The position numbers and the translations under genes were made by a program. From NCBI GenBank assembly GCA_033764015.1, contig JANRJK010000046.1, forward strand, positions 128,001 through 192,000: a stretch of DNA of 64,000 bases, read 5' to 3'. The notes beneath the pieces are model-generated. The model did not search any database and had not been told where the DNA came from. It saw only the letters and a program-made list of their open reading frames with translations. This DNA comes from Candidatus Sumerlaeia bacterium. GTDB taxonomy: Bacteria; Sumerlaeota; Sumerlaeia; SLMS01; JANRJK01. Positions 10,799 through 20,492 of this stretch are shown one piece after another. The stretch's first letter is position 1; each line of letters opens with the position of its first letter.

Positions 10799-12339
10799 AC
10801 GACCCCGCCCCCCCCGTCCGGATCCACAAGCCCTCCGTGCGCCTCGTGATCTCGATCCCGGCGATCTTCGCGCTCGTGGTGGTGATCGGCGGCGTCCTGA
10901 TCCAGTCCCACCTGCGCGGCATCGCCGAGACCCCCGGCCAGGGCCCCGCGCGGCTCGGCGAGGGACTCGTCTTCGCCGCCGACATCATGATCTACTTCAC
11001 CGCCTTCGTGGCGCTCCTGTCGGCGTTCGTCGGCCTGCTCCTCGCGCTCCAGATCGTCCGCCCGCTCCGCGACATCGAGCGCCAGATCACCCGCCTGGGA
11101 CGCGGCGAGCAGCCCCTGCCCACCACGCTCCAGCCACCCGGCGAACTCGGCGCCATCGGCTCCAGCTTCAGCCAGCTCGTCGCCCAGCTCGAACGCACCA
11201 TCGAGGAGCGCGACCGCCAGATCAGCCAGACCGGCGCCAAGGTCCGCATGCTCCTCGACGACGGCGGGCGCATCCTCGGCGTCGAGGGCTCGGTCCGCCG
11301 CCTCCTCGGCGCCTCCGGCGAGGAGCTGATCGGCCTCAACATCACCGACCCGCCCTCCCGGACCGACGGCGCCGCCGCCCTGCTCCCCATCGCCACCACC
11401 GCCGCGGACCTCTTCGACAGCGCCCTTTCCGGCGTCTCCCGCGAGCGGCAGATCCGCGTCCGCGTCGCCGGCGAGGAACTGCTGGTCGCCGTCGCCCTCT
11501 CCTCCTTCGAGGAGTGCGACAGCTCCGCGAAGTGGCTCCTCGAGATCCGCGACGTGACCGGCATCGCCACGCTCCACGAGCAGATGCAGCGGGCCGACCG
11601 GCTCGCCGCCATCGGCACGCTCGCCACCGGCATCGCCCACGAGATCCGCAACCCCCTCGCCTCCATCAAGGGCATGGTCCAGCTCCTCGAACTGCGCAAG
11701 GAGGGCACGGGCTCCGACGAATACTACCAGCGCATCACCGCGGAGATCGCCCGCCTCGAACAGCTCATCAGCTCGATCATGGACTTCGCCCAAGGCAACG
11801 AGGCGCCCGCCCAGGAGGTGGATGTGAACGCCATGGTGCGGGAGACGGCCGACGGCTGCCGCATCGGCGCCGAGGCCGCCACCGGCGCCAGGATCGAGCT
11901 GCGGCTGGAACTCGACCCCTCGGTGCCGCATATCCATGTGCAGCCCGGACGCGTCCGCCAGGGGTTCGACAACCTGATCGCCAACGCCTTCCAGGCCGCC
12001 GCCGCGGCGCCCAACCCCTACGTCCGCGTCTCGACGCTCCACCTCCCGGTGAACGAGAAGCGCCCCGTCATCGTCTGCATCGCCAATCCCTCGGAGCCGA
12101 TCACCCGCGAGGCGATGGAGCAGTGGTTCGAGCCCTTCTTCACGACCCGCGCGCAAGGCACCGGGCTCGGCGTCCCGATCGCCTTCCAGGCGGTCCTCGC
12201 CAACGGCGGCGTCCTCGAGGTCGAGTACGAGGAGGGCGAGGTGCGCTGCTGGGTCCGCCTCCCCCTCCGCGTCCGGCCGGGCGCCCAGCGCAGCTCGCGC
12301 ACCGTCCCCAAGCTCACCTCCACGGCCCGCGAGAAGTAA
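10795..12339 (+). CDS. sensor histidine kinase (2 TM, HAMP, PAS-like, HisKA, HATPase)
   Basis: IAHEIRNPL, NLIANA, FEPFFTT, GTGLG; GTGA overlap with the upstream gene. Confidence 0.92.
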   Translation: MNDPAPPVRIHKPSVRLVISIPAIFALVVVIGGVLIQSHLRGIAETPGQGPARLGEGLVFAADIMIYFTAFVALLSAFVGLLLALQIVRPLRDIERQITRLGRGEQPLPTTLQPPGELGAIGSSFSQLVAQLERTIEERDRQISQTGAKVRMLLDDGGRILGVEGSVRRLLGASGEELIGLNITDPPSRTDGAAALLPIATTAADLFDSALSGVSRERQIRVRVAGEELLVAVALSSFEECDSSAKWLLEIRDVTGIATLHEQMQRADRLAAIGTLATGIAHEIRNPLASIKGMVQLLELRKEGTGSDEYYQRITAEIARLEQLISSIMDFAQGNEAPAQEVDVNAMVRETADGCRIGAEAATGARIELRLELDPSVPHIHVQPGRVRQGFDNLIANAFQAAAAAPNPYVRVSTLHLPVNEKRPVIVCIANPSEPITREAMEQWFEPFFTTRAQGTGLGVPIAFQAVLANGGVLEVEYEEGEVRCWVRLPLRVRPGAQRSSRTVPKLTSTAREK

Positions 12340-12431
12340 TTCGGGCCTGACCGGCTGTTCCACTTGACGGCGAGGGGCTGCTCGGGGATGACAAGTATCT
12401 TGCGTTGACAGTCCCGTCGCGCACTAACCCG

Positions 12432-12887
12432 ATGAACGACAAGCTTCCCGAGCCCCCCGACCCCTCCCAAGAGCGCAACCCAGGCCTCCAGCACCGCATC
12501 CGCATGGGTGCGCTGCACGAGGTTTACGGCCGCCTGCTCACGGACCGGCAGTCGGAGTTCATCCGCCTCCACTACGACGAGGACCTCAGCTTCTCCGAGA
12601 TCGCCCGCGAGTACGACGTCACCCGCCAGGCGGTCCACGACGCCATCAAGCACGGCACCGAGGCGCTGGAGAAGTACGAGTCGGTCCTGCGCCTCGTCGA
12701 GAACGGCGCCGCGGCCGACGCCTCCGCCGCGCGCGATGCGGCCCAGCGCTTGGAGCGCCTCCTCGACCAGCTCCGCCAGAGCGGCGGGATCCTCTACGAC
12801 GTCGCCGCGCTCGCCGCGGAACTGCGCGCCGTGATCGCGCTGCTCAACACCACCGCGCCCGCCGCGGAACCGGCCGGGGAGGACTGA
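12432..12887 (+). CDS. ylxM: YlxM-like HTH protein
   Basis: YGRLLTDRQ...YDEDLSFSEIA....VTRQAVHDAIK...LEKYE; directly upstream of ffh. Confidence 0.88.
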   Translation: MNDKLPEPPDPSQERNPGLQHRIRMGALHEVYGRLLTDRQSEFIRLHYDEDLSFSEIAREYDVTRQAVHDAIKHGTEALEKYESVLRLVENGAAADASAARDAAQRLERLLDQLRQSGGILYDVAALAAELRAVIALLNTTAPAAEPAGED

Positions 12888-12892
12888 GCGCC

Positions 12893-14401
12893 GTGTTCGA
12901 CTCCCTCTCCGACAAGTTCGACAACGTCTTCCGCAAGATCCGCGGCACCGACAAGCTCTCCGAGGCCAACGTCGAGGACGCGCTCCGCGAGGTGAAGCTG
13001 GCCCTGCTCGAGGCGGACGTCCACTTCAAGGTGGTGAAGGATTTCGTCAAGGCCGTGAAGGAGGGCGCCGTCGGCCGCGAGGTCGTCAAGGGCGTCAACC
13101 CCACGCAGCAGTTCGTCTCCGTCGTCCACGACGAGCTGGTCAAGATGCTGCGGGGCACGGAGGAGGACCGGCCCTTCGAGCTGGTCCCCGGCAAGGAGCA
13201 GGCGGTGCTGCTGCTCGGCCTGCAGGGCGCCGGCAAGACGACGTTCTCCGGCAAGCTGGCGCTCCACCTCGAGAAGCTGAAGATGCGTCCGATGCTGGTG
13301 GCGTGCGACATCTACCGCCCCGCCGCCATCGAACAGCTCAAGACCGTCGGCAAGGCGCTTTCGATCCCCGTCTTCGAGATGGGCACCGGGCACCCGCCGC
13401 ACGAGATCGTCGCCAAGGCGCGCGAGAAGGCCCGCGCCGCCGGACGCGACGTCCTGATCGTCGACACCGCGGGCCGCCTCCATATCGACGAAGTCCGCAT
13501 GGACGAGCTCCGCGAGCTTAAGGAGCGCGTGCGCCCCGACTATTCGTTCCTCGTCTGCGACGCCATGACGGGCCAGGACGTGGTGAACTCGGCGCAGACG
13601 TTCCACCGCGAGATCGGCATCGACGGCGTCTGCCTGACGAAGATGGACGGCGACGCCCGCGGCGGCGCCGCGCTCTCCGTCAAGGCGGTCACCGGCCGCC
13701 CCATCGTCTTCGCCGGCACCGGCGAAAAGCCCACGGACCTGGAGCGCTTCCACCCGGAACGCGTCGCCCAGCGCATCCTCGGCATGGGCGACGTGGTGTC
13801 GCTCGTCGAGAAGGCGCAGGAGGCGATCGACGAGAAGGAAGCCGCCGACATGCAGGAGAAGATGTCGAAGGGGACGTTCACCTTCGACGACTTCATCAAG
13901 CAGATGCGCGTGCTCAAGAAGATGGGCCCGCTGAAGGGGCTCCTCGGCATGCTCCCCGGCGTGGGGCGCATGCTGAAGGACGTGGACAACGACGTGCTCA
14001 CCGCGCAGCTCACCCGCGTCGAGTCGATCATCGACTCGATGACGAAGGAGGAGCGGCGGAACGGCGACCTGCTGGTGCGCAGCGGCACGCGCCGCATGCG
14101 CGTGGCGAAGGGCTCCGGACGCACGCTGCAGGAAGTGAACGACCTCGTCACGCAGTTCCAGCAGATGCGCCAGGCGATGCAGGCGTTCTCCGCCGGCGGG
14201 CTCTTCGGCGGCGGCGCCCAGGCCCCCGAGATGGCGGGCAAGGGCGGCATGCCCCCGATGCCGCCGGACCTCCCGGGCGAGATGCCGCAGCCCGGCGACC
14301 CGATGTACGACAAGCTTATGAAGCAGTACCGCGACTACCGCCACGGCCAGAAGGTGGCGGCCCGCTTCGTCCCGAAGGCGAAGGCCAAGAAGAAACGCTA
14401 G
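12893..14401 (+). CDS. ffh: signal recognition particle protein
   Basis: LLEADV, GLQGAGKTT, DTAGR, TKMDGDARGGAALS, RILGMGD; Met-rich M domain. Confidence 0.98.
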   Translation: MFDSLSDKFDNVFRKIRGTDKLSEANVEDALREVKLALLEADVHFKVVKDFVKAVKEGAVGREVVKGVNPTQQFVSVVHDELVKMLRGTEEDRPFELVPGKEQAVLLLGLQGAGKTTFSGKLALHLEKLKMRPMLVACDIYRPAAIEQLKTVGKALSIPVFEMGTGHPPHEIVAKAREKARAAGRDVLIVDTAGRLHIDEVRMDELRELKERVRPDYSFLVCDAMTGQDVVNSAQTFHREIGIDGVCLTKMDGDARGGAALSVKAVTGRPIVFAGTGEKPTDLERFHPERVAQRILGMGDVVSLVEKAQEAIDEKEAADMQEKMSKGTFTFDDFIKQMRVLKKMGPLKGLLGMLPGVGRMLKDVDNDVLTAQLTRVESIIDSMTKEERRNGDLLVRSGTRRMRVAKGSGRTLQEVNDLVTQFQQMRQAMQAFSAGGLFGGGAQAPEMAGKGGMPPMPPDLPGEMPQPGDPMYDKLMKQYRDYRHGQKVAARFVPKAKAKKKR

Positions 14402-14463
14402 CCCGTACGCGGGGCATCCGCCCCCGCCACCCATCCCGTTCCCCGCAAGAAGGAGAACATCCC

Positions 14464-14754
14464 GTGGTCAAGATCCGCCTCACCCGCATCGGACGCACCA
14501 ATTCGCCGTTCTACCGCGTCGTGGTCGCCGACGAGCGCCGCGCCCGCGACGGCCGCTTCATCGAAATCCTCGGCCGCTACCAGCCGATCTACGCCGAGAC
14601 GAAGCTCGAAGTGAACCGCGAGCGCGCCCTCTACTGGCTCCACAACGGCGCCCAGCCGTCGGAAACGGTCCGCTCCCTGTTCCGCAAGCTCGGCATCATG
14701 AAGGAGTACCACGAGGCGAAGATGGCCGCCAAGAAGGCCAAGGCCACGGCGTAA
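14464..14754 (+). CDS. rpsP: 30S ribosomal protein S16
   Basis: MVKIRLTRIG...PFYRVVVAD....RDGRFIE...GAQPSETV. Confidence 0.98.
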   Translation: MVKIRLTRIGRTNSPFYRVVVADERRARDGRFIEILGRYQPIYAETKLEVNRERALYWLHNGAQPSETVRSLFRKLGIMKEYHEAKMAAKKAKATA

Positions 14755-14816
14755 CGCCCCTCCGCGGCGGACAACGCACCCGGGCCGGACGCCGCCAGGC
14801 GGCTCCGGTCCGGCGC

Positions 14817-15593
14817 CTATTCCTTCAGGAACTTCTTCGCCACCGTCGCGGCCGCCTTGCGGACCGCCCACCGGGGCAGGAAGCGCTGCGCCATCACGGC
14901 CAGCTTGCGCTGCGTCACGAGCAGCGCGCTCCCCGCGTCGCTGGCCCTGATCCCCGCACGCACCACATACTCCGCCGTCTGCCCCTTGGCGAAGATCGCC
15001 GCGTCCAGCCCGTTGTTCACGCCGAAGTTGGTCGCCGTCGGCCCGGGGCACAGGCACAGCACCTTGATCCCCTTCGGCTTCAGCTCCTCGTGGAGCGCTT
15101 CGCTGAAGTGGAGCACGAAGGTCTTGCTCGCCGCGTAGACGTTGAACAGCGCGACGGGCTGGAAGGACGCGGTGCTCGCCACGTTGATGATGCGCGCGTC
15201 GGGGACGCCCTCCATCATGGGAACCAGGAGTCGCGTGAGGTCCACCAGCGCGACCATGTTGACCATCATGGTGTCGGTGAGGCGCTCCGGCTTCATGGAC
15301 TCGAAGCGCCCCGCGTCGCCGAAGCCGGCGTTGTTGACGAGCCACGCCGGACGGAGCGCGCGGTCGCGCAGGAAGCGCTGCACCTGCTTGGCGGCGCCGG
15401 GCTCCGCGAGATCGCACACGCAGATATGGGCGTCGGCCCGGAAGTCGGAGCGCACGGCCTCGGCCACTTCGCGGAGCTTCGCCTCGTTGCGCGCCACGAG
15501 GACCAGCGGCATGCCGCGCCCCGCGAGCTGGCGGGCGAACTCGGCCCCGAGGCCCATGGAGGCGCCGGTGATGACGATCGCGTCGCTGCCCAT
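14817..15593 (-). CDS. SDR family oxidoreductase
   Basis: ITGASMGLG, VNNAGFG, YAASK, LCPGPTAT. Confidence 0.93.
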   Translation of the reverse strand: MGSDAIVITGASMGLGAEFARQLAGRGMPLVLVARNEAKLREVAEAVRSDFRADAHICVCDLAEPGAAKQVQRFLRDRALRPAWLVNNAGFGDAGRFESMKPERLTDTMMVNMVALVDLTRLLVPMMEGVPDARIINVASTASFQPVALFNVYAASKTFVLHFSEALHEELKPKGIKVLCLCPGPTATNFGVNNGLDAAIFAKGQTAEYVVRAGIRASDAGSALLVTQRKLAVMAQRFLPRWAVRKAAATVAKKFLKE

Positions 15594-15729
15594 GGAGGAA
15601 CCTCGGCCTTCGCCGCCCGCCGGTCGTATCCGGGATTGCGGCGCGGGGTGGATTGACGGACAAATTCGCGGCGATGCGCGGCCCGCAGCCGCGCGTCGGA
15701 CCGCCGCCGCAAGGAAACAACGCCCGACC

Positions 15730-16830
15730 ATGGCGATAGCAAGCGATTCCGGCAACTCGCTGGACCGGCTGATGCCGATGAAGCTGACGCGCAAGATCCG
15801 CCTCGACCGGATCGGCTCCGTCACCACCCCGGCCAAGCTCGGCCCCATTGTCGAAGTCTCCCCGGAGTGCGTCGCCGAGGAGGGCTCCGTCATCGTGGGC
15901 CGCGTGCTCAACGAAAGCAAACTCTACGGCGAAGTGGAACTCCCCACCGGGCGCAAGGCGCGCATCGTGCGCGGCAACCTGCTCGTGGGCGCCCTCGGCG
16001 CCCGCCAGGCGCTCCACGGCTACATGGGCGACGTCCCCGCCACGCTCGCCACCGGCGACGTGATCTCCTTCCTCAACATGGCCGGCGTCATGGGCCTCTG
16101 CCACTCCTTCAACCGCGACGTCGGGCCCCCGATCAACCTCGAGGTGATCGGCCAGGTGACGCGCAACGGCCAGGCGCTCAACATCCGCGACTACGGCCTG
16201 CCCCGCGTCGAGGCGCTCCGCCCCGACGGACCGCCGATCGTCCTGGTCATGGGCACCTGCATGAACGCCGGCAAGACGATGGTCGCCGGCGAGCTGATCC
16301 GCGTGCTCTCGCACGCCGGCGTCCGCATCGCGGCGGGCAAGCTCTCCGGCGTCGCCGCGCTCCGCGACCCGCTCGTCATGGCGGACAACGGCGCGGTCGC
16401 CACCGCCTCGTTCCTCGACTGCGGCCTCTCCAGCACGGTGCGCACGAAGGACCTCGCGCCGGTGGCGCGCTCCATCATCGCGCACCTCGAGGAGTCCGAC
16501 CCGGACCTCATCATCCTCGAAATGGGCGACGGCATCATCGGCGGCTACAACGTCGGTAGCCTGCTCATGGACGACGGCATCATGGCGCGCACCCGCGCCC
16601 GCATCCTCTGCGCGAACGACCTGGTCGGCGCCTGGGGCGCGGTGCAGTACCTCGAGAAGTTCGAGAAGCCGCCCCACGTCATCAGCGGCCCGGTCACCGA
16701 CAACACGGTCGGCACGAACTACGTGAACCGCGAGCTGAAGCTCCGCTGCGCGAACGCGCGCAACTCCCCCCTCGAGCTGGTCCGCCACGTCTCGGAGGTC
16801 GCCGGGATCACCGTGGAGCTGGGCGCATGA
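15730..16830 (+). CDS. DUF1611-like P-loop protein
   Basis: VGALGARQA, GTCMNAGKT Walker A, AGKLSG, FLDCGLSST, ILEMGDG; ATGA overlap with argC. Confidence 0.7.
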   Translation: MAIASDSGNSLDRLMPMKLTRKIRLDRIGSVTTPAKLGPIVEVSPECVAEEGSVIVGRVLNESKLYGEVELPTGRKARIVRGNLLVGALGARQALHGYMGDVPATLATGDVISFLNMAGVMGLCHSFNRDVGPPINLEVIGQVTRNGQALNIRDYGLPRVEALRPDGPPIVLVMGTCMNAGKTMVAGELIRVLSHAGVRIAAGKLSGVAALRDPLVMADNGAVATASFLDCGLSSTVRTKDLAPVARSIIAHLEESDPDLIILEMGDGIIGGYNVGSLLMDDGIMARTRARILCANDLVGAWGAVQYLEKFEKPPHVISGPVTDNTVGTNYVNRELKLRCANARNSPLELVRHVSEVAGITVELGA

Positions 16831-17867
16831 CCATCCCGATCGCGATCCTCGGCGCCACCGGCTACGGCGGCGGCGAACTCCTGCGCCTCTTCCTGCGCCG
16901 CAAGGACGTGGCCATCCGCCACGCCACCAGCCGCACCGAGGCGGGCAAGCACGTCTCCTCCGCGCACCGCAACCTCGACGGCCTCACGGACCTCCGCTTC
17001 TCCGCGCCGACGGAGGCGGAGCTGCTCCGCGACTGCGAGGTGGTCTTCAGCGCGCTTCCCCACACCGCCTCGGCCAAGGCGCTCGCTCCCTTCATCGCCG
17101 CCGGCAAGCGCGTCGTCGACCTCTCCGGCGACTTCCGCCTCCGCACCGCGGACGCCTACCACGAAGCCTACAGCCACACGCATCCGCATCCCGAGCTGCT
17201 CGCCGATGCGGTGTACGGCCTCCCCGAACTGCACCGCGAGCGCATCCGCGGCGCGCGCGTCCTCGCGTCGCCGGGCTGCTTCGCCACCGCCATCGAACTC
17301 GCGCTGCTCCCCGCCGCCCGCGCCGGCGTCCTGGGCAACCGGCTCTCCGTCGTCGCGATGACCGGTTCCTCCGGCTCCGGCGCCGAGGCCACCCGCGGCA
17401 CGCACCACCCCACCCGCGACCAGACGCTCCGCCCCTACAAGGTTGATGGCCACCAGCACTGCAACGAGATCGTCCAGACGCTGGGCGAGGCAGCCGGTTC
17501 GCCGACGCCGTTCCGCCTCACCTTCACGCCGGTTTCCGCGCCGCTCGTCCGCGGCATCCTCGCCATCGCCACCGCGCCCCTCGCCCGCGATCTATCCGCC
17601 ACCGAGCTGGAGACGATCTACGAGGAGGCCTACGCGGGCGAACCGTTCATCAAGCTTGTGCGCGACCGCGAGCCGGAGCCCGGCCCCGTCAACGGCACAA
17701 ACTACGCCGAGGTCCGCGCACGCCTTTCCCGGCACGGCGAGCTGATCGCCATGTGCGCCATCGACAATCTGGTGAAGGGCGGCGCCGGACAGGCGGTGCA
17801 GTCCTTCAACATCATGATGGGCCTTCCGGAGACGGAAGGGCTCGACTGGCCCGGAACCTGGCCCTGA
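16827..17867 (+). CDS. argC: N-acetyl-gamma-glutamyl-phosphate reductase (ArgC/LysY family)
   Basis: GATGYGGGELLR, DLSGDFR, YGLPE, PGCFAT (catalytic Cys), AIDNLVKGGAGQA. Confidence 0.93.
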   Translation: MTIPIAILGATGYGGGELLRLFLRRKDVAIRHATSRTEAGKHVSSAHRNLDGLTDLRFSAPTEAELLRDCEVVFSALPHTASAKALAPFIAAGKRVVDLSGDFRLRTADAYHEAYSHTHPHPELLADAVYGLPELHRERIRGARVLASPGCFATAIELALLPAARAGVLGNRLSVVAMTGSSGSGAEATRGTHHPTRDQTLRPYKVDGHQHCNEIVQTLGEAAGSPTPFRLTFTPVSAPLVRGILAIATAPLARDLSATELETIYEEAYAGEPFIKLVRDREPEPGPVNGTNYAEVRARLSRHGELIAMCAIDNLVKGGAGQAVQSFNIMMGLPETEGLDWPGTWP

Positions 17868-18009
17868 CGGAACTTCGCGCCGCCGAGGCGCGAGATGTCG
17901 CGGCCCGCGCGGCGGAACACGCCGCCGCAAGCGGTTGCGACTGGCACCGATGACGCTTGGAGGGACCGCGGGCGAAGCGCCCACACCCTCCGGCGAAAGG
18001 CCGTTCCGC

Positions 18010-18765
18010 ATGCACTCCACCACCCGCAGCACCCTGAAGGCGGCGGCAGCCGCCGCCTGCATCGCCGGCGCGCCCCTCGGCGCCGCCGCGCAGGAGTCCG
18101 CGACGAAGGACGCGTCCGCGCCCACGCTCTCCCAGGAGCTCGACGCGAAGAAAGCCAGCTTCAACCAGTCCGCCCCGGAGGCCACCAAGGCCGTCTACGA
18201 GCGCGGCATCCAGCAGGTCTCCGAGTCCGGCGCGCTCGAGCGCGCCCTCAAGGAAGGCGACCAAGCGCCGGACTTCACCCTGGCAGGCGCCGACGGCGCC
18301 GAGGTGCGCCTCTCGGCCCTCCTCGCCGACGGGCCTGTGGTCCTGACCTGGTACCGCGGCGGCTGGTGCCCCTACTGCAACATCCAGCTCCGCGCCTACC
18401 AGCAGTCCCTGCCGGAGTTCCAGAAGCACGGCGCCCGCCTCGTCGCGCTCAGCCCCGAGCTGCCCGACAACTCGCTCACCACCGCCGAGAAGAACGAACT
18501 CGCCTTCCACGTCCTGAGCGACGGAGGCAACAAGGTCGCCGAGGCCTACGGCGTCGTCTACAACCTGCCCGCGGACGTGGTGGAGCAGTTCAAGGGGCGA
18601 CTCGACCTGCCGAAGTTCAACGGCGACGACTCGTGGCGGCTGCCACTCGCGGCGACCTACGTGATCGCCAAGGACGGCAAGATCGCCTACGCATTCCTCG
18701 ACGCGGACTACCGCAAGCGCGCGGAGCCGGCCGCGATCATCGAGGCGCTCGAAGCCCTCAAGTAG
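18010..18765 (+). CDS. exported AhpC/TSA peroxiredoxin-like protein
   Basis: Signal peptide; GDQAPDFTL, WYRGGWCPYC, LPLAATYVI. Confidence 0.9.
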   Translation: MHSTTRSTLKAAAAAACIAGAPLGAAAQESATKDASAPTLSQELDAKKASFNQSAPEATKAVYERGIQQVSESGALERALKEGDQAPDFTLAGADGAEVRLSALLADGPVVLTWYRGGWCPYCNIQLRAYQQSLPEFQKHGARLVALSPELPDNSLTTAEKNELAFHVLSDGGNKVAEAYGVVYNLPADVVEQFKGRLDLPKFNGDDSWRLPLAATYVIAKDGKIAYAFLDADYRKRAEPAAIIEALEALK

Positions 18766-18799
18766 TCTCTTCCCCCTTGGAACGAGCGGCCCTAAACAA

Positions 18800-18830
18800 A
18801 CCGGCCCCGCTCCAAAGGAGCGGGGCCGGT
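18800..18830. terminator. hairpin between convergent genes
   Basis: 14-bp perfect stem ACCGGCCCCGCTCC/GGAGCGGGGCCGGT; T-rich tail on the minus strand. Confidence 0.75.
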
Positions 18831-18861
18831 CGCATCATGGCCGACGGGGTCGTGGAGCCGC

Positions 18862-19632
18862 CTACTGCGGGAAGCGCCGCGCCGTGTCGAAGAAGCGGTA
18901 GCCGGAGGTGGCGTCGCCGGTGGGGGTGCCGCCGATCCGGTAGATGTCGCCGAGCGACGTGGTGCCGTTGGTCGGGTCGTAGTAGTTGTTCGCGACCGCC
19001 TCGGGCGTGGTCGTAGTGTTCAGGAGGCCGCCGAGGTTCGGATACACCTGGTCGGGACCCGAGGAGAACAGGATGTAGTACCACTTCGCCACGTCTGTCG
19101 AGTTCTCGACGTCGGCGAGCGTGCTGGTGTTTCCGGCCACACCCTGCGGAGTGGCGTACTTGATGAAAGCGAACAGCGCCGCGTTCGCGTCGCCGGCGAT
19201 TGAATTGGTGGACGGGGGAGGGAACGGCCACGAGCCGTCCGTCGAGTTGATGGTTCCCGTGCGGAACTGCGGCGTGAACGGATCCTGCACAAACGCATTG
19301 GTGATGTAGGCGATCGGGGAGCTGAGGCGCTCGAGCACCTTGCGCTGCTCGTTGATCGCGGCGGTGGAGCGCTCGTCCGGGCTGACGCGGGCGCCCGCCA
19401 AGGCGAAGTTGTTGCACTTCGGGTACGAGTTGTTGTCGACCCGGTAAGCCTCAAGGGCGGTCGCCATCGACCGCATGTCGGCCTTGGCGCGGCTGACCTT
19501 CGAGCGCACCTGCGCTTCGAGGAAGTTCGGGACCGCGATCGCGGCCAGGATCGCGATGATCGCCACGACGATCAGCAGTTCGATCAGGGTGAACCCGCGC
19601 AAGCGCGCGGGGAACAGATCGCTGTGTTTCAT
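18862..19632 (-). CDS. type IV pilin / T2SS pseudopilin-like protein
   Basis: RG|FTLIELLIVVAIIAILAAIAVPNF prepilin cleavage motif; ALEAY.VDNNSYP, DPF, SSGPD, YDPTNGT.S.GDI. Confidence 0.93.
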   Translation of the reverse strand: MKHSDLFPARLRGFTLIELLIVVAIIAILAAIAVPNFLEAQVRSKVSRAKADMRSMATALEAYRVDNNSYPKCNNFALAGARVSPDERSTAAINEQRKVLERLSSPIAYITNAFVQDPFTPQFRTGTINSTDGSWPFPPPSTNSIAGDANAALFAFIKYATPQGVAGNTSTLADVENSTDVAKWYYILFSSGPDQVYPNLGGLLNTTTTPEAVANNYYDPTNGTTSLGDIYRIGGTPTGDATSGYRFFDTARRFPQ

Positions 19633-19781
19633 GGGCAACGACGCCTTTGTGCGGCGCCACCGGCGGGGGGAGCGGCCGCTGGATGTGGCCGCTGGGGCCG
19701 CCGGGACTGTCATTTGCCCCCACGGCGCCCCGCAAGCCGAAAACCGGCGCGGAAGGAACAGGGCGCGCGGGGGGCAAGGCG

Positions 19782-20492
19782 TCAGGCCCGCTCGGCGTAG
19801 CGGCGGCAGATCCGGGCAAGAGCCGCCGAATACTCCCTGCGCGTCGCCGCCGCATCAACCCACTCGAAGGGAAAGGGGTCCGCGTTCGTCGCGCGGAAGG
19901 GAAGTATCAGAAGCTCATCGTAGACCGGGCCTGCGTGGTCGCGCACCCGGCGGGTGGCCTCGTCCGCCTCTTGAAAGGGGTGCTTGTAACGCCTTCCGTC
20001 CGTCGGGAACGTACGCTCGCCCTCGAAGCTCACATAATGCTCCGCGTGGTTCACGCCCACGATGGCGACCGTCACCGGGTTGTCGCCGGAGGAGCGGAAC
20101 TGTTCCACCTGGTTGCGCAAGTCCCCGCAAACACGGTCGATCTGCTTGATCATCGCCTTAGCGAGGATCTTGGCTTCGCAGCCGATCTGGATACTCGCGA
20201 TGGGCGCGCGCGGGATCGGCGACCCATCCACCCGGAGCAACTCCTCGCCGGGGACCGTTTCGCCGAAGGTCCCGTCTCCGCGGCGGGCCCGGGCACCCAC
20301 TCGGCGATTCTGACGGTTCAGCGCGGCGCGCCCCGAGTCGACTTCCTTCCGGAAACGGGCGCACCTGTCTTTGAGCGTGTAGAGATCTTCAAAGAGCCCG
20401 GCGGCGACTCCGTCACCGATGGACGAGTTGCGGTGCAGATAGGGGCGCCCGCGGAAAGCGGCCTCGAACAGTTCAAGCAGTCGCGCCGCCAA
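19782..20492 (-). CDS. putative type II restriction endonuclease (PD-(D/E)xK-like)
   Basis: TTG start with SD GGAGGT overlapping the MTase 3' end; GDGTFG...CEAK motif. Confidence 0.6.
   Translation of the reverse strand: MAARLLELFEAAFRGRPYLHRNSSIGDGVAAGLFEDLYTLKDRCARFRKEVDSGRAALNRQNRRVGARARRGDGTFGETVPGEELLRVDGSPIPRAPIASIQIGCEAKILAKAMIKQIDRVCGDLRNQVEQFRSSGDNPVTVAIVGVNHAEHYVSFEGERTFPTDGRRYKHPFQEADEATRRVRDHAGPVYDELLILPFRATNADPFPFEWVDAAATRREYSAALARICRRYAERA

Noticed and set aside
12389..12410. TGACAAG-N8-GTTGACA possible operator or -35 box upstream of ylxM
   Set aside because: Only 5/7 symmetric and no correctly spaced -10 box
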